This document shows positions 26,601 to 40,500 of a stretch of 64,000 nucleotides of DNA, one piece after another (the stretch's first letter is position 1; every line of letters starts with the position of its first letter). The translations under genes were made by a program, and so were the position numbers. This stretch comes from Lama glama (lineage: Eukaryota): contig CM052822.1 of NCBI GenBank assembly GCA_028534125.1, forward strand, positions 77,934,001 to 77,998,000, read 5' to 3'. A model generated the notes under the pieces. It saw only the letters and a list, made by a program, of their open reading frames with translations. It was not told where the DNA came from and made no database searches.

Positions 26601-28672
26601 TCCTTACTACTCAGCTGCCTTCTCTGAAGTGGCTTCTGAAGAAGGTGGTTTGTAATTGGGGAAGTCTTAATCAGCTCGGCGTAAACAAACTAAAACCATT
26701 TATTTGGTACTGGTGTCAGCGGACACCTCAAAAGCCTCACGAGCAACCTTGGAAGGTTTCGCTGCTGTGTACGAAGCTTAAGAAACAGTAACTAACGTGA
26801 TAGCTGTGATAAAAGGCGCATTGTGGAAGGCTGCAGTGCGCCGACGTAGATGAAGTCTCTCAGTGCACGGAAGAGCGCCGGGCTCAGGAACGCGGGGTGG
26901 GGAGCAAGAGCCTGGAGCTGGCCGTGTGAATGCTTTCTAATGGTCACTTGGGAGTGAGAGAGAAAATTACTTCACTGTGAGTTTCAACTGAGTTTGTAAA
27001 GTTTCTCTTAACGGGGAAGGGGGGGTCATGATGCAGGGGTGTTGGGTCTGAGTTCGGCGCTGCCGTGACAGTAAGGGATGAGGTGCCTTAGAGAACGCTT
27101 GGATTTTATTTGAACAGGATGATGCTTTGTAGAAATTCCCAAAATGTGTTGGGTAAAATTAGCACAATCTGGGGGCTAATTTGTGAGCAGGAGCAGCTGT
27201 CGCCTGCCGCTGGCTAGGACTCCCGAACCGCCCCAGGGCTGCTGGGATTGCGCTGTCCTTCCGCTAGCGCTTGGTTCTTTTGGGTCCCTCAGCAAGCTGG
27301 CGGTGACCGGTTTTTCTGAATGTTTCTTCTCCAGGCCCATTTCCCTGCGCTCTGAGTGGCTCTCTTGTTTCTGAGAGGCCTTGTTTCTGCCTCCTCTTCC
27401 CCCGCCACCATCCCGTGCTTTCCTGGGGCCGCCCTGGCCTCACCTCCCCCTGCGTCGTCACCAGGTCTCGGGGAACAGGTGCCCTGTCCTGGGGCTCGTC
27501 CTCCCAGACCGCTGCCCGAGTTCCGCTGCGGGTGGCACGTTGCTCCGGCCATGTTGTCTGGAAACATAAGCGCACCGTGGATCTCAGTTTCTACTTGGTT
27601 TCATGCTCCCTGTGTGCTGTTCTGTTTACTTTAATTGTTCCGCTTCTCAAATGTATTAATTCCCTGCTGTGGTCACTCCTGCCTTGTCTTAAGGATATGC
27701 CGTACGAGTTGATAGTTTCTGTGTCCTAGGTTGCTTTTCTCTTTCCCTTCGTGCATTGCTGTCCATCCATCAGGGGTCCTTGTTTTTATTTCTGAAAGGA
27801 CTCCCATATCCTCAAAAAAATACAGCACTGATAAATATAAAAAACAGACCCTCAGCTAATGTTTTACGAAGTTTATATAGTTCATGTTTTCAGTAAGTGT
27901 TCATTGATCCCCCTCCCCAATCCCTAAAGTGTCGAGGCTAATTTTGTTTTTATTTCCAGGGGCATCGTGGCAGCTTTGGTAGCTGTATAATGCCTGTTGT
28001 GTTGGTTTTCTATCAAAGAACAATGTAATGTCTGCCGATTGACCTTTAGCCAAATCTGACTTTAGCTAACGTTTTCTAAAAGTTTTTGGAGACATCAAGC
28101 TTACAGAAAAGTGAAAGGGATTCTTGAACACCCACGTGGTACAGCATGACAGCCGTTAAATTTTGCCTCACTTGCTGCAACATTCTCTGTGTCACAAGTA
28201 AATATGTAAGGGGAATCCTTTTTTTTTTTATTCCTGAATTATTTTGGAGCAGCCCAGACTCCGTGCAGTACAACGACTTAGCTGTGAAACCATCCTGACC
28301 TCTTAAGTGGCATCTGCTGGGACAGTGTCTGCCAGAACGTTCAGGGAAAATCCGTATCAAAGCAGCTCTCTGTCCGAGTCTGTGTATTAGTGGTGCGGAG
28401 TTTTACACGTGTATGTACCTTGTGTTTTTTTTTTGATTTAAATCAGTCCGCATTGTGGTCTAGCTTTAGTTGCATTGAACAGGTACGTGAAACGCCGGTT
28501 GGATGGACGTCAGCTGCTGTCCCGCGAGCTGCGTTGCTGGACCTCGGGGGTCGGCCGTCGTTCCTGATGGGACCGTGATACGAGGCGCTAACCCGCTTCC
28601 CCGTGTTGCAGCTCTCCCGTGAGAAAACAGACTTGGATAAAGGCTTCACAGAGCACTTCTGTTTGTTTTCAG

Positions 28673-28804
28673 AAGACCCATTTGAGGACCTCTTTGGGAA
28701 TCAGAGGGGCACCCGTAGGAGCCGGAACCGAGGCACAGGGTCGTTGTTCTCCGCTTTCAGTGGATTTCCTGCCTTTGGAGGGGGATTTCCTTCTTTTGAT
28801 ACAG
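28673..28804 (+). CDS. DNAJB6: DNAJB6 coding exon 6 (G/F to S/T region)
   Basis: gttttcag|AAGACCCA...GATACAG|gtacga; 132 nt; [44 protein letters not shown]. Confidence 0.95.
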
Positions 28805-30225
28805 GTACGAATCCCTCGGGCTCAGTCTCCAGTGTCTGAGCAGACATAGCGCAGCGTTCTCGTATTTAGGGCAGTTTGAAGCGTGTGGACGCTTTTTGCT
28901 AGGACAGCTCTGTGGATGTGCACAGAGCTGTGCTTAGTGACCTGGCTCTTACCCCTTTTCTTCCCAAGAAGTTACACTGCAGAACCCGCTTCTGCTCTTA
29001 ACTGTTGAAGCCAACATGTAATGAATCCTGTGGCTTTGGGCAAATGTGAAATTGCCTACTAGACAGTCTCACTATATCTTTTTGTATCTAACCTCCTCAC
29101 TGAAAAATCAAAAAACCAACTCTCGTATCCTGGACGAGTCCAGGTTGGCGGGGTCAGAAGGTGGGGCTTCATAAGGTCCGTGTGTGGCCAGAGCCACACC
29201 GATTCCCTGGGAGGTGCAGTCACTTGTGGCTGTCGGCGAAGGCGGCTGGTGCTGAGTTGGGTGCCAGGTGCACCGGCAGGTGGAGCCCCGGGTCTCCCCT
29301 GCAGGGTGGGGCTCGTAGCTCGTCCTCCACGCCCTCCAGTTCCTCTTCACGGGAGCCGCTTGCCGTCTGTTCTGGTCTTGAATGGCAGTGCTTACTGGCC
29401 GGCTGCCCCACGTGTCACGGCTCCCGGTGCTTGTCCCTTCAGGACGGCGCTGAGGAAGTGACCTGTGGTCAGAGTTGACAAAGGGCAGTTGTAGGGGTAA
29501 CTTTCTTAAGAGATTCTTTCGTCAGGCGCCAGGTAATATGCTGAAGTTGGAGAACAAGAGAAAGCTGGTTAAAAGTATCAGTGCAGTAGTGCTTCAGTTA
29601 AGAGACGTGCGGCTGGCGTGAGGGCTGTGGGGCTGCAGTCCTTACCTTTAACGAGCCCTGTGTAGGGTCACGCCAAGGAGTTACCGGGTGGCTGCTTTCA
29701 TGGGCACGTTTGGGAGCGGGACAGGGAGTGAGCTCGTAACAAGCAGACCGGCCTCAGGTTGCGTCAGTGTGACACGTGGAAGTCAGGACTTTGTAGTGTG
29801 TGTAGGGGACACGCTGTGTTGGGCATTAGTCCGTGAGCTCTGGATCTGTGCTCTTCCGGGGCATTTGCAGCCCCCTTCATAAAGTGGCCTTAGCTTTGTA
29901 ATAATGGACTCTCATCCCCTGCGGGCACATTGCAGTGGGGGGTCACAAACGAGTTGGGCTTGCCAGACTGTGGCAGAAGTCCGCTGCGCTCCTGAGACGT
30001 GCGCACCAGGCTGTCCCCATCCGCAGGGTGAGGTGCCGGTGAGGCCGCAGGGCCCTGTGCAGAGGAGAGGCGGCTGGCTCTCCTCCTGCTCCCCCGATGC
30101 AGAGGAGAGCACGTCTTTCCTCCCGCGCCGTGGCTCTGATGAAAAGCTGAAGAGCGGCCAGTTTTGTGCTAAGTCAGCACCAGGCGTGTTGGTTCTGATG
30201 TCCTTTCTTTCCTGTTTTCCTTCAG

Positions 30226-30367
30226 GATTCACGTCCTTCGGCTCGCTAGGCCACGGAGGCATCACGTCTTTCTCTTCCACGGCGTTTGGCGGTGGTGGAA
30301 TGGGCAACTACAAATCTGTGTCAACGTCTACCAAGATGGTCAACGGCAGGAAAATCACCACCAAGAG
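30226..30367 (+). CDS. DNAJB6: DNAJB6 coding exon 7 (S/T-rich region, start of C-terminal domain)
   Basis: ccttcag|GATTCACG...AAGAG|gtacgt; 142 nt; [48 protein letters not shown]. Confidence 0.96.
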
Positions 30368-30740
30368 GTACGTGGCGGTGGCTCTCATCGGCAGGCGGCG
30401 TGCTTCCCTGGTGGCGCGCTTTGCTCGCACGCTGCAGCGTGGGGGGCGCAGGTGGTACGGGGAGCCTGGCACCACGGGATTCTTGGTCTTCGGTTTCGAG
30501 CTCTTCCTTCTAAGCTTTGGCTGAGTGCTGACTGTTAGACGTCGCCTTTGTTTGGAGCCATCGTCAGCGTGTAGTGGGTGCTGGCAGCCCTGGCGGCGTG
30601 CTGAGAGGGAGGCCGTTCGCAGTGAAACTGGCCGTTGTGAGACAGTGTCTGTCCCCGGCTCGGTGCTCCGCGGTGCGGTGTTAGAGACGAGCTCCGTCTG
30701 TCGGAATAAACCCCGCGAAGACACACTGGTCGCGAGTTAG

Positions 30741-30977
<237 letters not shown>

Positions 30978-31207
30978 CTCCCGGCCCGCATGGCACAGGA
31001 ACGTTCCGTGTGGCGGGCGCCCCGAGGACTGGCAGGTTTCAGACGAACTCGCCTTTCCGTGTAACTGTACCTGATCTAACGTATTTATACGCAGCTCGTC
31101 GGAGCCCTGTTTGTCATAGACTTTTGAGTTTATTGTTGGGACCACATGATAGGACCATTTTTTGTCTTTAAGATTGTTGTAAATCTCTGTGTGCACTTTG
31201 CCTTTTT

Positions 31208-31213
31208 ATTAAA
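31208..31213 (+). terminator. Possible proximal polyA signal ATTAAA, isoform b 3'UTR
   Basis: ATTAAA preceded by a T-run, about 230 nt after the isoform b stop. Confidence 0.4.
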
Positions 31214-31566
31214 CGTGACTCAAGGCGGCCGTGACTCTTTCGTACACTGACACCAGCACGGGCCTGCTTCCCATTTGCTTGCAGCGTGAGCCAAGTAGTG
31301 TCAGCCTGCTGTGAAGCTAACATTGCCAGGACGAACCTTCCACAAAAGTAATTCCAGTTTTCTTCAGTGTTTTCAGTAGCGAAAGACACTAACGCGTTAA
31401 TGGTAACACATTTCTGGTTCAGTATAAATTGAGGATGTTTTCTAGTTGTGCATGATTGCTGGCAACTTAGTAAGTTTTGAAAATTGTTTAGATATGTAAC
31501 GTTAAGCTTAGGTTTAAAAAAGTAAAGCTGGTAAACTGGGTCTTTGTTATTTGCTTAAAAAAAGAA

Positions 31567-31572
31567 AATAAA
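31567..31572 (+). terminator. PolyA signal AATAAA, isoform b
   Basis: AATAAA at the end of the AT-rich 3'UTR, followed by GU-rich tgtgtttgg. Confidence 0.75.
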
Positions 31573-34500
31573 TGCAACTGTGTTTGGCGCATCCTTTCCT
31601 GAGCGAGGCGCGGCCTCCTGTGTCCGTGTGACTTTGTGTCTGGGCTTCCAGTGTCGCCTCCTGACGGTTGCGTCTGCCCGCTGAGGCGGACGCTGAAATT
31701 GTTACGTGTATTCTTCGGTACGTTTGGAGTCGTATGAAGATCTGTATGACGATTCTCGGCTTTATGTTGAGTGACTACCGGCAGTGTATGTCCCGGGGGA
31801 TAACGTTTCTGCGGGGAGAGGGGAGGCGGCTGTTCCACTCTCTGCTCTGCAGAGTGCGCTCTAGTCTCCTGGGTGGTTTTTGACGCCAGCTCATTTAAAG
31901 AAGATACGAATGGTAAGATTGTGGAACGACACAGGTGTGGGCAAAAGTGAAGGTGTTTTGGTTTTCAATCTGTATACTCTGTCGTGGTGACCACTGGTGA
32001 CGAGAGTTCCTGGCAGAGGAAGACGAGTGCGTTCACAGAGCCACGCTCGCCTGTGTTTCGGACGAGCGGTTGCTGAGGGTTATTCCTGTCAGTGCAGGCT
32101 TGGCTGAAGGCAGACGGTACCGCACAGTCTTTAAAGAATCTAATGTAGTCCTGAAAACAAGTAAAAGGTGTTTTTTAAATCTCAAAACCTCAAATAATGT
32201 ATTTTTTAAAAAGTCATTGCAAAATAAAAGTACCCGAAGATAAATAAGGGGAACAGTGGAAAAGGTGCGTCAGTGCGCCATCTTAGTTCACAGACCCTTT
32301 GGATAAGGGGGATGTGCAGATACGTCACGTGTTGGAAACCACACTGTAGAATACAGTTTCACGAACTCAAAAGTTGAGCACCAGAGAGCCTCCGTCCGTT
32401 CCTGCTGTTAGGGTGGGTGGTTCTGTGTTGCTGAGAGACATGGGAGTAACTGGCCCTCCCCAGACGCAGCGCGCATACTTGTCAAGATGGTTGGAACAAA
32501 CCACTGGATAGAGCCAGCTTGAGGGTCCCCAGGGAGACCAGGGAAAGGAACGGAGTCGTGTCCAGCCCACCGAGGTTGGTTTCCGAGGAACCGTTTGATC
32601 GGAACCTTGGTTTCACATGCCTCAGCGTCCTCGGATGGCAGAGTTTGCAACCACTGCAGCCCCAGCTGTGAACGGTTACCTTGACCTTGACGTTGCAGGT
32701 AAAGGTGACTCATGTGAAGTGTTGTTGAGGGACCCCCGCAGTTAGCGGTCTGTCATTTCCACTTGGGACAGTTGCCGCTCTGCACTCTGCCAGTGGGACG
32801 GTTGATCTAGCAGTGGGAGGACTTGCTGCTGTCAGGTCTCGCTCCTCCAGTATTTGAAAACGGTCAAGTTCATTCCTGGGGGCTGAGCCCAGCGTCCTGG
32901 GAGGTGGCTTGGAACAGTTAGGCCAGTGTTTCCAGCACTGGGAGCACCACTCACAGAAGGAGCAGCTTGGAAGAATAGCAGGTAATTTACGTGACAGGTT
33001 CTGGCCATTTGTTGGTCCCTATGCTTCCTGATTTTAAAGAGAAAAAAAACCAAACCAACTTCCTGTGGTCCTGAATGCCTCTGCAGCAGGAAAGCCGAGT
33101 GCCCGCTGCCCCCAGCTGCCGGTGGCGGTGTGCTCGGTCCAGGCGGGGACTGGCGGGTGCTCCGTGTCCTCTGGGGGACCCGCGCGGCCGTTGGAGGCGC
33201 GGGTCTTCGTGCAGCTCCCCGGGCAGCATCGTGCGGGGCGGCCGTGTGCTGCGGCTGTCTGGGCTCTGCTCCTCTCGTCCCGTGGCTCCTCCCTGGGCGG
33301 GTTTGACGTAGTTCAGTAAGTGCTGCTGCCTCGTGTCCTGTCTGACACAGGCGAGTCCCCAAGCTCTCGGCTGTGGCTGTGGGAACCCAGCAGCTGAGTC
33401 TGGTACAGACGGCACCGGAGTGCCTGCGTGGGGGCCCCCCACACCCTGTGTCCTCCCGAGGGCGGGCTGTGGACGTTGCCGCGGTGGCCTCAGTTCCCTG
33501 ACATACCCCGGGTTAGGCCCGGTGGGTCTGGTCTGCCGACGTCTCTGGGGCGCTCTGGGCAGCGCCTCCCCCGCCAGGGCTCGTTCTGCCCGCCGCCTGC
33601 TGAGCCCCCGTGTCGGCTTGGTCGCCCTCGGGCTGCGTGAGCCTCCTCAGGGGCCCGCTCTGCTTGCCCTGCCTTTCAGCTCGATGTAATCCCACGAAAA
33701 CATCTTCAGAGAATACAGCAGTAATGTTGAGCTGGATTTGTCTGTGCTGCTGCACCTCAGGGCGCAGCCTCCGGCAGGGTCACGCACGCACTGTTGGTCC
33801 AGGAGGGATGGTCGTGCGATCCGACGGCCCTTTTTTTTTTTTAAATGCAGGTACAAGATTCTGTCTCCCTTTGAGGTATTTCCAAGGTGGCTGGTGCTTT
33901 GACGGTGGTTTCATGACGCGAGTCTAGAGACATCTGCTGAAGTGATCAGGGTCTCCCTCTGTCACGTCTCCCCCGTCCGTTCTCCCACTTGTGCTCTAGA
34001 TACTTGCCCACGCCGGCTGCGTGGCAGGCCTTGCGTTCCCGTCTCGGCGCCTTTGTGCCTGCTAGTTCCTGTACTCCTGATAAATTGGGTTAACGAGGTG
34101 GAGACTTGGTGCTCAGTGTGACCAGCCGTTGACACACGATCGATCATACGAAGGGCTCCTGTCCGCTCCCCCTCCCCCCACCCTGCTTTTTGGAAGGTCA
34201 GAGGAGGGAAAGTTACGGCGGCTCTTTCTCTGTCCATCAGAAATCTAGCAGTTAGGTGACTCCGGATTTCCAGAGACGAGGCCTGGCTGGGACCTGGGCG
34301 TCTTGGCTGCTGGAAGTGGCATTGGGCGTCACAGGCCTGCCACTTGCTCTGCTTCCTTGGCTTCGTGTCCTCTGTCCGTTGATCTTACCAAACTGCTTAC
34401 AAACCATTAACTTGAGTTTTTGGACCTGGGTCAGCTGTGCACTTCAGGGACGACTGAGACTTCCCCTTTCCCTCCTGCCCTGCAGTCCAGCCCCCCCGGA

Positions 34501-37500
34501 GCACAGATCCCGTGAGACAGGGGCTCTGCGTTCCCAGCATGTGGCACTGCGAGCGTCCCCGAGTGCCTGCTCAGTCAGCCCAGAGCGTGCTGCTGTCCTC
34601 AGCGCTCACCTCCCCGGTGCCCCTGGAGTGTGGGCCTGGGGCACCCTGTCTCCATGCCTGGTGAGCCGGCTGGGCCCACGCCAGCCTTTTCTATCCCAGG
34701 GGGATTGGCTTGATTCTTAAAAGGAGCTGCGTCACACCCTTCTCTCCCCTTCCCCTTCCTCTTGTGTGTCCTGCACGCGGGCAGGCCTGCCTCACCTGCA
34801 GCAGGTCCCAGGGAGACGTGCCGTGGGACCCCAGAGCTGGAAACGGGTACAGAAACCTGGTGGGATCCTGTCTCCTGCTGCTCTGCGAACGGGACTAGAG
34901 CTGCCTACTGGGTGGCCTGTGTGGGGCTGGGAGCTGGGGGGGCTGCCTACTGTGTGGTCAGTGTGGAGCTGACAGCTTGGAGCTGGGGTGGGGGGCGGCC
35001 CACCCACCCCGAGAGTGAGCTCAGCGTGGCCCGCTTTCTGAGACTTGCTCATCTTAGGCCTTTCCCCCCATTTCTTTTCATAGTTGAGATTTATTGGTGG
35101 TTTTGGGACTCAGACAAGGCGTTTCAGTCTGCACACAATGTTTAACATGTGTACCAAAAATCTAACAAGTCCCATCGCTGTGATTCTTTTCTAAATGGCT
35201 TTCCAGCTTAAAATTTGGAGGCAGAATTTCCTCAGGAGGGTGCTGGGTACCAGAATCTCCCAGTCCCACCGATACACAATTTAGTGTCACCCGCGCTGTG
35301 TGTAGGTGTGAACGCATGTGCGGACGTCAGCTGAGTGTCCAGGAGGCCTGGACTGCAGGTGTTCAGGGCACCAGTTCTGACGGGGAGAGCCAGGATCAAG
35401 GGGTGGTTTTCTCTAGGAAACAGTTGTAGCAAAAGCCAACAGGGGGACAGAAGTAAAGATCTCAGAGTGCGGGAAACGTAGGACTCCACCGCGGATATGA
35501 AAACCACCCCCAGCATCCACGCAGTGTTGGCTGGCGCTCCTGCAGAAGCCACTCTTCGGTCGTGCCCACGGGGCAGCTCCAGGGGTTTCACCTCTTCGGG
35601 AGCGTTTGTGCTTACAATTGGAATGAGGTGGCCCTCCCTCCTGATTACAGACACTCCCGGAGCTCCTGAAAACCTAGCGCTCACCAGAGTTGACCGCGAG
35701 TCCCAGTGACTGCACACGAGGAAGAGGAACCAGCCCAGAGTGTGGCCCCCCCCCTTCTGCAGGCGGGTCTCCTAACCCTGCCCTGCTGCCCGCCTCTCCT
35801 CGGGGCGGGGGGAGGAGGAGGAGGCACCTGCAGGCTCCCTGCTGGGCTGCCAGGTCCTGCCCGCCCTTAAAGTTGGGAGCACTGCTGGTAGCCAGGCCTG
35901 AGCCGAGGCTGGTGCCTCTACCTGGGATTCTGGGTGGAATCCAGCCAGGAAGGGAATGGGGTTGTCCATGCGCCACTCGTGTTACCCTCTTCTGGGGACT
36001 CTGATGAAAAGTCTGTGCACAGCTGACCCGTGATGACGTGTGAGAGGCGTGGTGGCCTCAGAAGGGACAGGAGAGGTTCCCGCGGACTCCCGCGCTTGCT
36101 GCTGGTCACCTGCTGTCCTGAGTCGCCACCTGGTGGGCGCGAGGCTGGAGCAGTGGTCAGGCCCGTGGTGCGTGCTCGCTGGCTGTGCACACCTGCACCC
36201 GCTGGGGCCCTGGCCTGAGAGCCTGGCGCAGCCTAGTAGAGGTTGGTATCTCCTTCCCTTGATTTCTGAGGTATTTGCATCGAGTCTGTGCTCTTGTCGG
36301 AGGAGTTCCATTAAATGAGGTGCCTAGAGGTGGCATGACTGGGTTGGGAAATGTGTATGTTTGAATCCAGTCGTCGTAAGTTGTTCTGCACCAAGAGCAC
36401 GCTCCTGTCGATGGTGGGGCCCTCACATCTGCCTGTACTGACTGTTAGCAGTTTCTCTGCTCAGGCCCGGGGCGGCGCGCCTCTGGCGGGGAGAGGCTTG
36501 CCTCTCTGCAGAGCCTTGCCTCCCAGCGCCTCTGAGTCCAGGTTTACCGGCCCTTTGTCTGCTCTGCTGAGGGGTGGTCCTGTGCGGTCGCCACGTGCTC
36601 CTGTGACTCCCTGCGCCGCGGTCCCGGTTTCTTCAGTGGAAAGGTGTGTGTTGGTGGCCGCAGGTTCACCGCCGTGGGCGTCCTGCAGGCGCACACTAGG
36701 CGTGCTTTCTTCGTGCCCTCGCTTGTGTTTGCTGCTCTAGTTTGCACCCAGCTTTCCCCCAGCTTCCTCTTGAGGGCCGCCGCCTGCCAGCTCTGCGGGG
36801 CCTGCAGCTGCCTCGGGCGCCTCTCCTTCTGTGCTTTGGTCTCACTTGATCCCCAGTCTCTGTCTGTCAGTCGTCGCCTTTGCCATCTCCCAGCTCTGCC
36901 GGGGGTTCTACCTCTTTGAGATGAGAAGCCCAGTCAGCTCAGGGCACCCCCCCCCCGCGCCCCTGCTTGGTTGGAGTTGCTGGGTTAACTGGGAGAAAAC
37001 TTGACGTGCGGTGACGGGACAGCTGCCGTGTGAGAACATCCTGCGTTCTGTACGGCTGTGAAGTGGTGCACGTCCTCAGGTGTGACCCGCTGAGGCCCGG
37101 CTGCGCTTGCACGGGGGGCGGGGACCTTTGCCCTTGGTGTGGATTCTGTGCACTAGCTCGTCTTAAACTCCGAGAGGCTCGGGCTGGAGTGTCTTCTGTG
37201 CCCTCCTTGACCTTTACTCTGGGCCCGTGTTCCTGTATCCACGTAGTTGCTGCCAGCCCCTCCCGCCAGAGCCTGGACGCCCTCCCCACTTGGTGTCCCC
37301 TTCCTGGAACCACTTCTCCGTCCACGTCTGCGTGGCCACCGCGTCCCGAGATCTGGTTACGAGGATTAAGTCACTCCCCTGTTTAAAGCCGCTCAGAGCT
37401 CCTGAGCTTACGAGGTATTTTTGGGTATGTCTTGTGCTGCACTTCGTCCTTTACAGCTGCTCTCTGCTGCGCCCTAATCACGGCTCGACCTCCCGCAGCC

Positions 37501-40500
37501 CCGCCCTTGCTGCCCCTGCCTGCGGCGTGCCTGCAGGGCCAGGGCGAGGCCAGGGCCGCTGCCGGGCTCTAGCCGGCTGGTGCTGCTTTTTGTTTTTTTA
37601 GATATTCAGTGCTTTATAAAATCAGCTGTGTTAGACAACGGCCCGGCTGTGGGCTGATGGAAGTGTCCCGGCACGTGCGAGGTGGGCTGAGCTGCGACGC
37701 CCGCAGGTCAGGCAGTGAAGTGCGCTGAACTGACGTCAAGTCCGCGTGTGGGGCTGCCTCAGGGCGTCTCCGTCCTGCACGTATGTATGTGCAGGTACTC
37801 GCATTCACGCTCTGCTCCGTTGTGGCTGCTGCCAGGAGTTGAGCGCGCAGCTCCCCGTGCTGGCCAGCGGTGCCGCGCTGTGCAGCGTGTGCACCCGTGC
37901 CCCCACCCCCGGAACCACGGGTTAGCGTCCCTCCTCCCTTCTCTTCGTTTCTGATTGAGGTACAGTCAGTTTACAGTGTTGCGTCCAGGGATGGATGCAT
38001 TTTTGGATGTTTGAATAATCTAAAAATGTCAGGGTGGTATTCATGATTTGATTAAGTATGAGATTAACCGCCCCCACCAACCAAAAAAAAGCCCGAAACC
38101 AGCCATAAGCAAGGCCTCTTGGGTTGTACATATTTGGGTAAAGTGATTGTGCCTTTATATGTGGAAGTTTGTTTTTATTTGCATGTTATCAGCCGGATTC
38201 CTGTTCTGCATTCGAACTCCATTTGGGGAGAGAACTGAAGTGTTTGGTGTGGTGGCTGTGCACATGTGACAGCGGCCGGAACATTCCTTTCATAGTTGCT
38301 CCATGATTTCAGTGTGCTCTGGCGGGGATCCTGGCAGATCTCGGCTTTGTTTTTAAATTTCATTGAACTTGGTCCTAGAGGGCAGGGTGTCCTGGTGTGT
38401 TCAGCTTCCGAAATGAGAAGGGGGTCTGATCCGTTGTAAGCAGGGTAAACTTTAGTTAATTCGAATGCTTTAATCGTTAATTTGTGCACAGGAAAAGGCT
38501 AGTGGAAACTATACCAAAACAGTCAGTTCCGTTTGGGTTGTAGAATTAAGATGTGGCTCATCTGTGCTTCTCTAAGTAACGCGTCTGGCCTTTATGTAGC
38601 GCAGATTGCCGAACTCACAGTGTCTACAAACAGTTAGTGGTAAGCTTCCACCGAAGAGGAGTGTGTTAGCGACTGACAGCAGCGTGGGGAGTTTGGAAGA
38701 GTCTGTGGAGAGAAGCCGGGACTGTGGGTGGGGCTGAGACAGGAGTGGCAACCCTCGCTTTCTGGGTCCACCCCGAGGCACCATGTGGGTCCATGAGGAT
38801 GGGTGTCAGCGTAGTGTCGCTGGGTCTTAGTTGGTGGGGGTCTTCTGGAGCCGTGTGCAGGGCTGGGGCGCTCCCCGTGGTGGCCCAGGGTGGGGCGTGG
38901 CCCGCAGGGAGCCTTCTCTCCTCGTGAGGGGGCGGCAGCGTGTCCTTCCAGGTGCCGACTGCGGGCTCACCTTCTCTGACTCGAAGATGCTTCAGAGTGT
39001 TTTTGCCAGATGATGTTAACTTACAGCACGGGCGTTCTGAGTTCTCGTTTAGCCCGTGGTTGGGACGACCACGTGGGGGGACCAAGAAAGGAAGGAGACC
39101 GACCCCAGGTCTTTAGTCACGAAAGTGGGCCGGGCTCATCCTGACAGTAACAAGTAAGTGCTGTGGGGCTGAGACGTTTAAGGAAAAGTTGCTTTTGGCT
39201 GAGTGCCTCTTCTGGGGAGGGCACGGCTCTGTGTAGTTGCAGAGCGATGGTGTCTTCCGGTCAAGAGCACCTGGCCAGGGAGAGCCTCGGGGCTTTACTT
39301 CCTGGTGGTGCTCCCGCCACCAGCGGAGAGCTTCCCCTCTGCTTTGGGAAGCACAGTCTTAGACGAGAATTCTGTGATCGGGCTCAGGGCAGCCGTGTTT
39401 TCCTGCACAGCTGGGCTCACAGCCCGACTCACGGAGCTGGGCAGGTGGTGTGTGCCCCCCCTGCCATCTGACTTCCGGACCCTGGCTGCTCAGCGGGGCT
39501 CCCATCGCCCGCTCACCGTCTGCTGCGCCCTCAGGCCAGTGCGTCCCTGCCGTCTAGGTCAGTTCAGTTCTGCCGCCGAGGACGCCCTGCTGGAGGCCAG
39601 GGAGGACGGGGATCCCGGAGCAGAAGACCAGCTCAGGGGCTCCCCACCTGCACTCGCAGTCGGGGGACGGCATTCTCTGCCAGTGCCCATTCGGGGAGCA
39701 GCCAGGTGCCTCTGTGTCCAGTGTCACGTGGCCTTCTGACATTTGGGGTACAGGGGAGGCTGTGAGGATGAGGTCTGGAGGCACTGCGACAGGAAAGCCC
39801 CAAAACAGATGATGCGCTGCAGCGGAGTTCAGGCTGGAGCGGCCGTTCCCATGCGTTCTTGGGTCGCGCCCCCCAGACCCCCCTGCCTTGGAGAGGCCCC
39901 GCTCTGCGCACCGCTCTCGCTCGTCTCCAGGGTGCCTGGTACTTCTGGTCCAGGACCTGGCTGATGGGTGGCCACTCTGGGGTCCCACGGCCCCCAGGGA
40001 TGTGGTGTCCGCAGTGCCAAGCTCGGATGTCCGGCAGCCTTGTCTGCCCCGAAGGCAGGACCGCCTCTGCTCTGGGCAGGACCTGTCCTGAGGAGGCCCG
40101 AGGGGCGTCTCGGGGCAGTGGTTCAGGACCCGGGCTGGGGTCCTCTCCAAACCCCGGCCGGTCTGTGTCCAGGAGGAGTTAGGTCAGTGCTCCTGGGGCG
40201 TAGCCCGTTTGCACATGGTGGAGAGCAGGTCGGGGCTGCTGTTCTGAGGGGCCAGCTGGCCCTGGGGTCACTGGGACAGGACAGCCCTTCCCGGCCCGGG
40301 ACTGCCCTCCTTCCCCTGCGCGTGTCTGCTGACCCACTCCCCATTTTCTTCTCGTTTGTCCTGCTCAGAAGCTGTGGGTGGCACCAGTCCAGTTCGTTCA
40401 CGCTTTGTCCACAGTGCGGGTCACAGCGCTGGAGGCCACGGGCCCCACTGGCCGCCTGGTCAGAGCCAGGCCACTTGAGTTTGTCTGGGAGGAGGATCCC

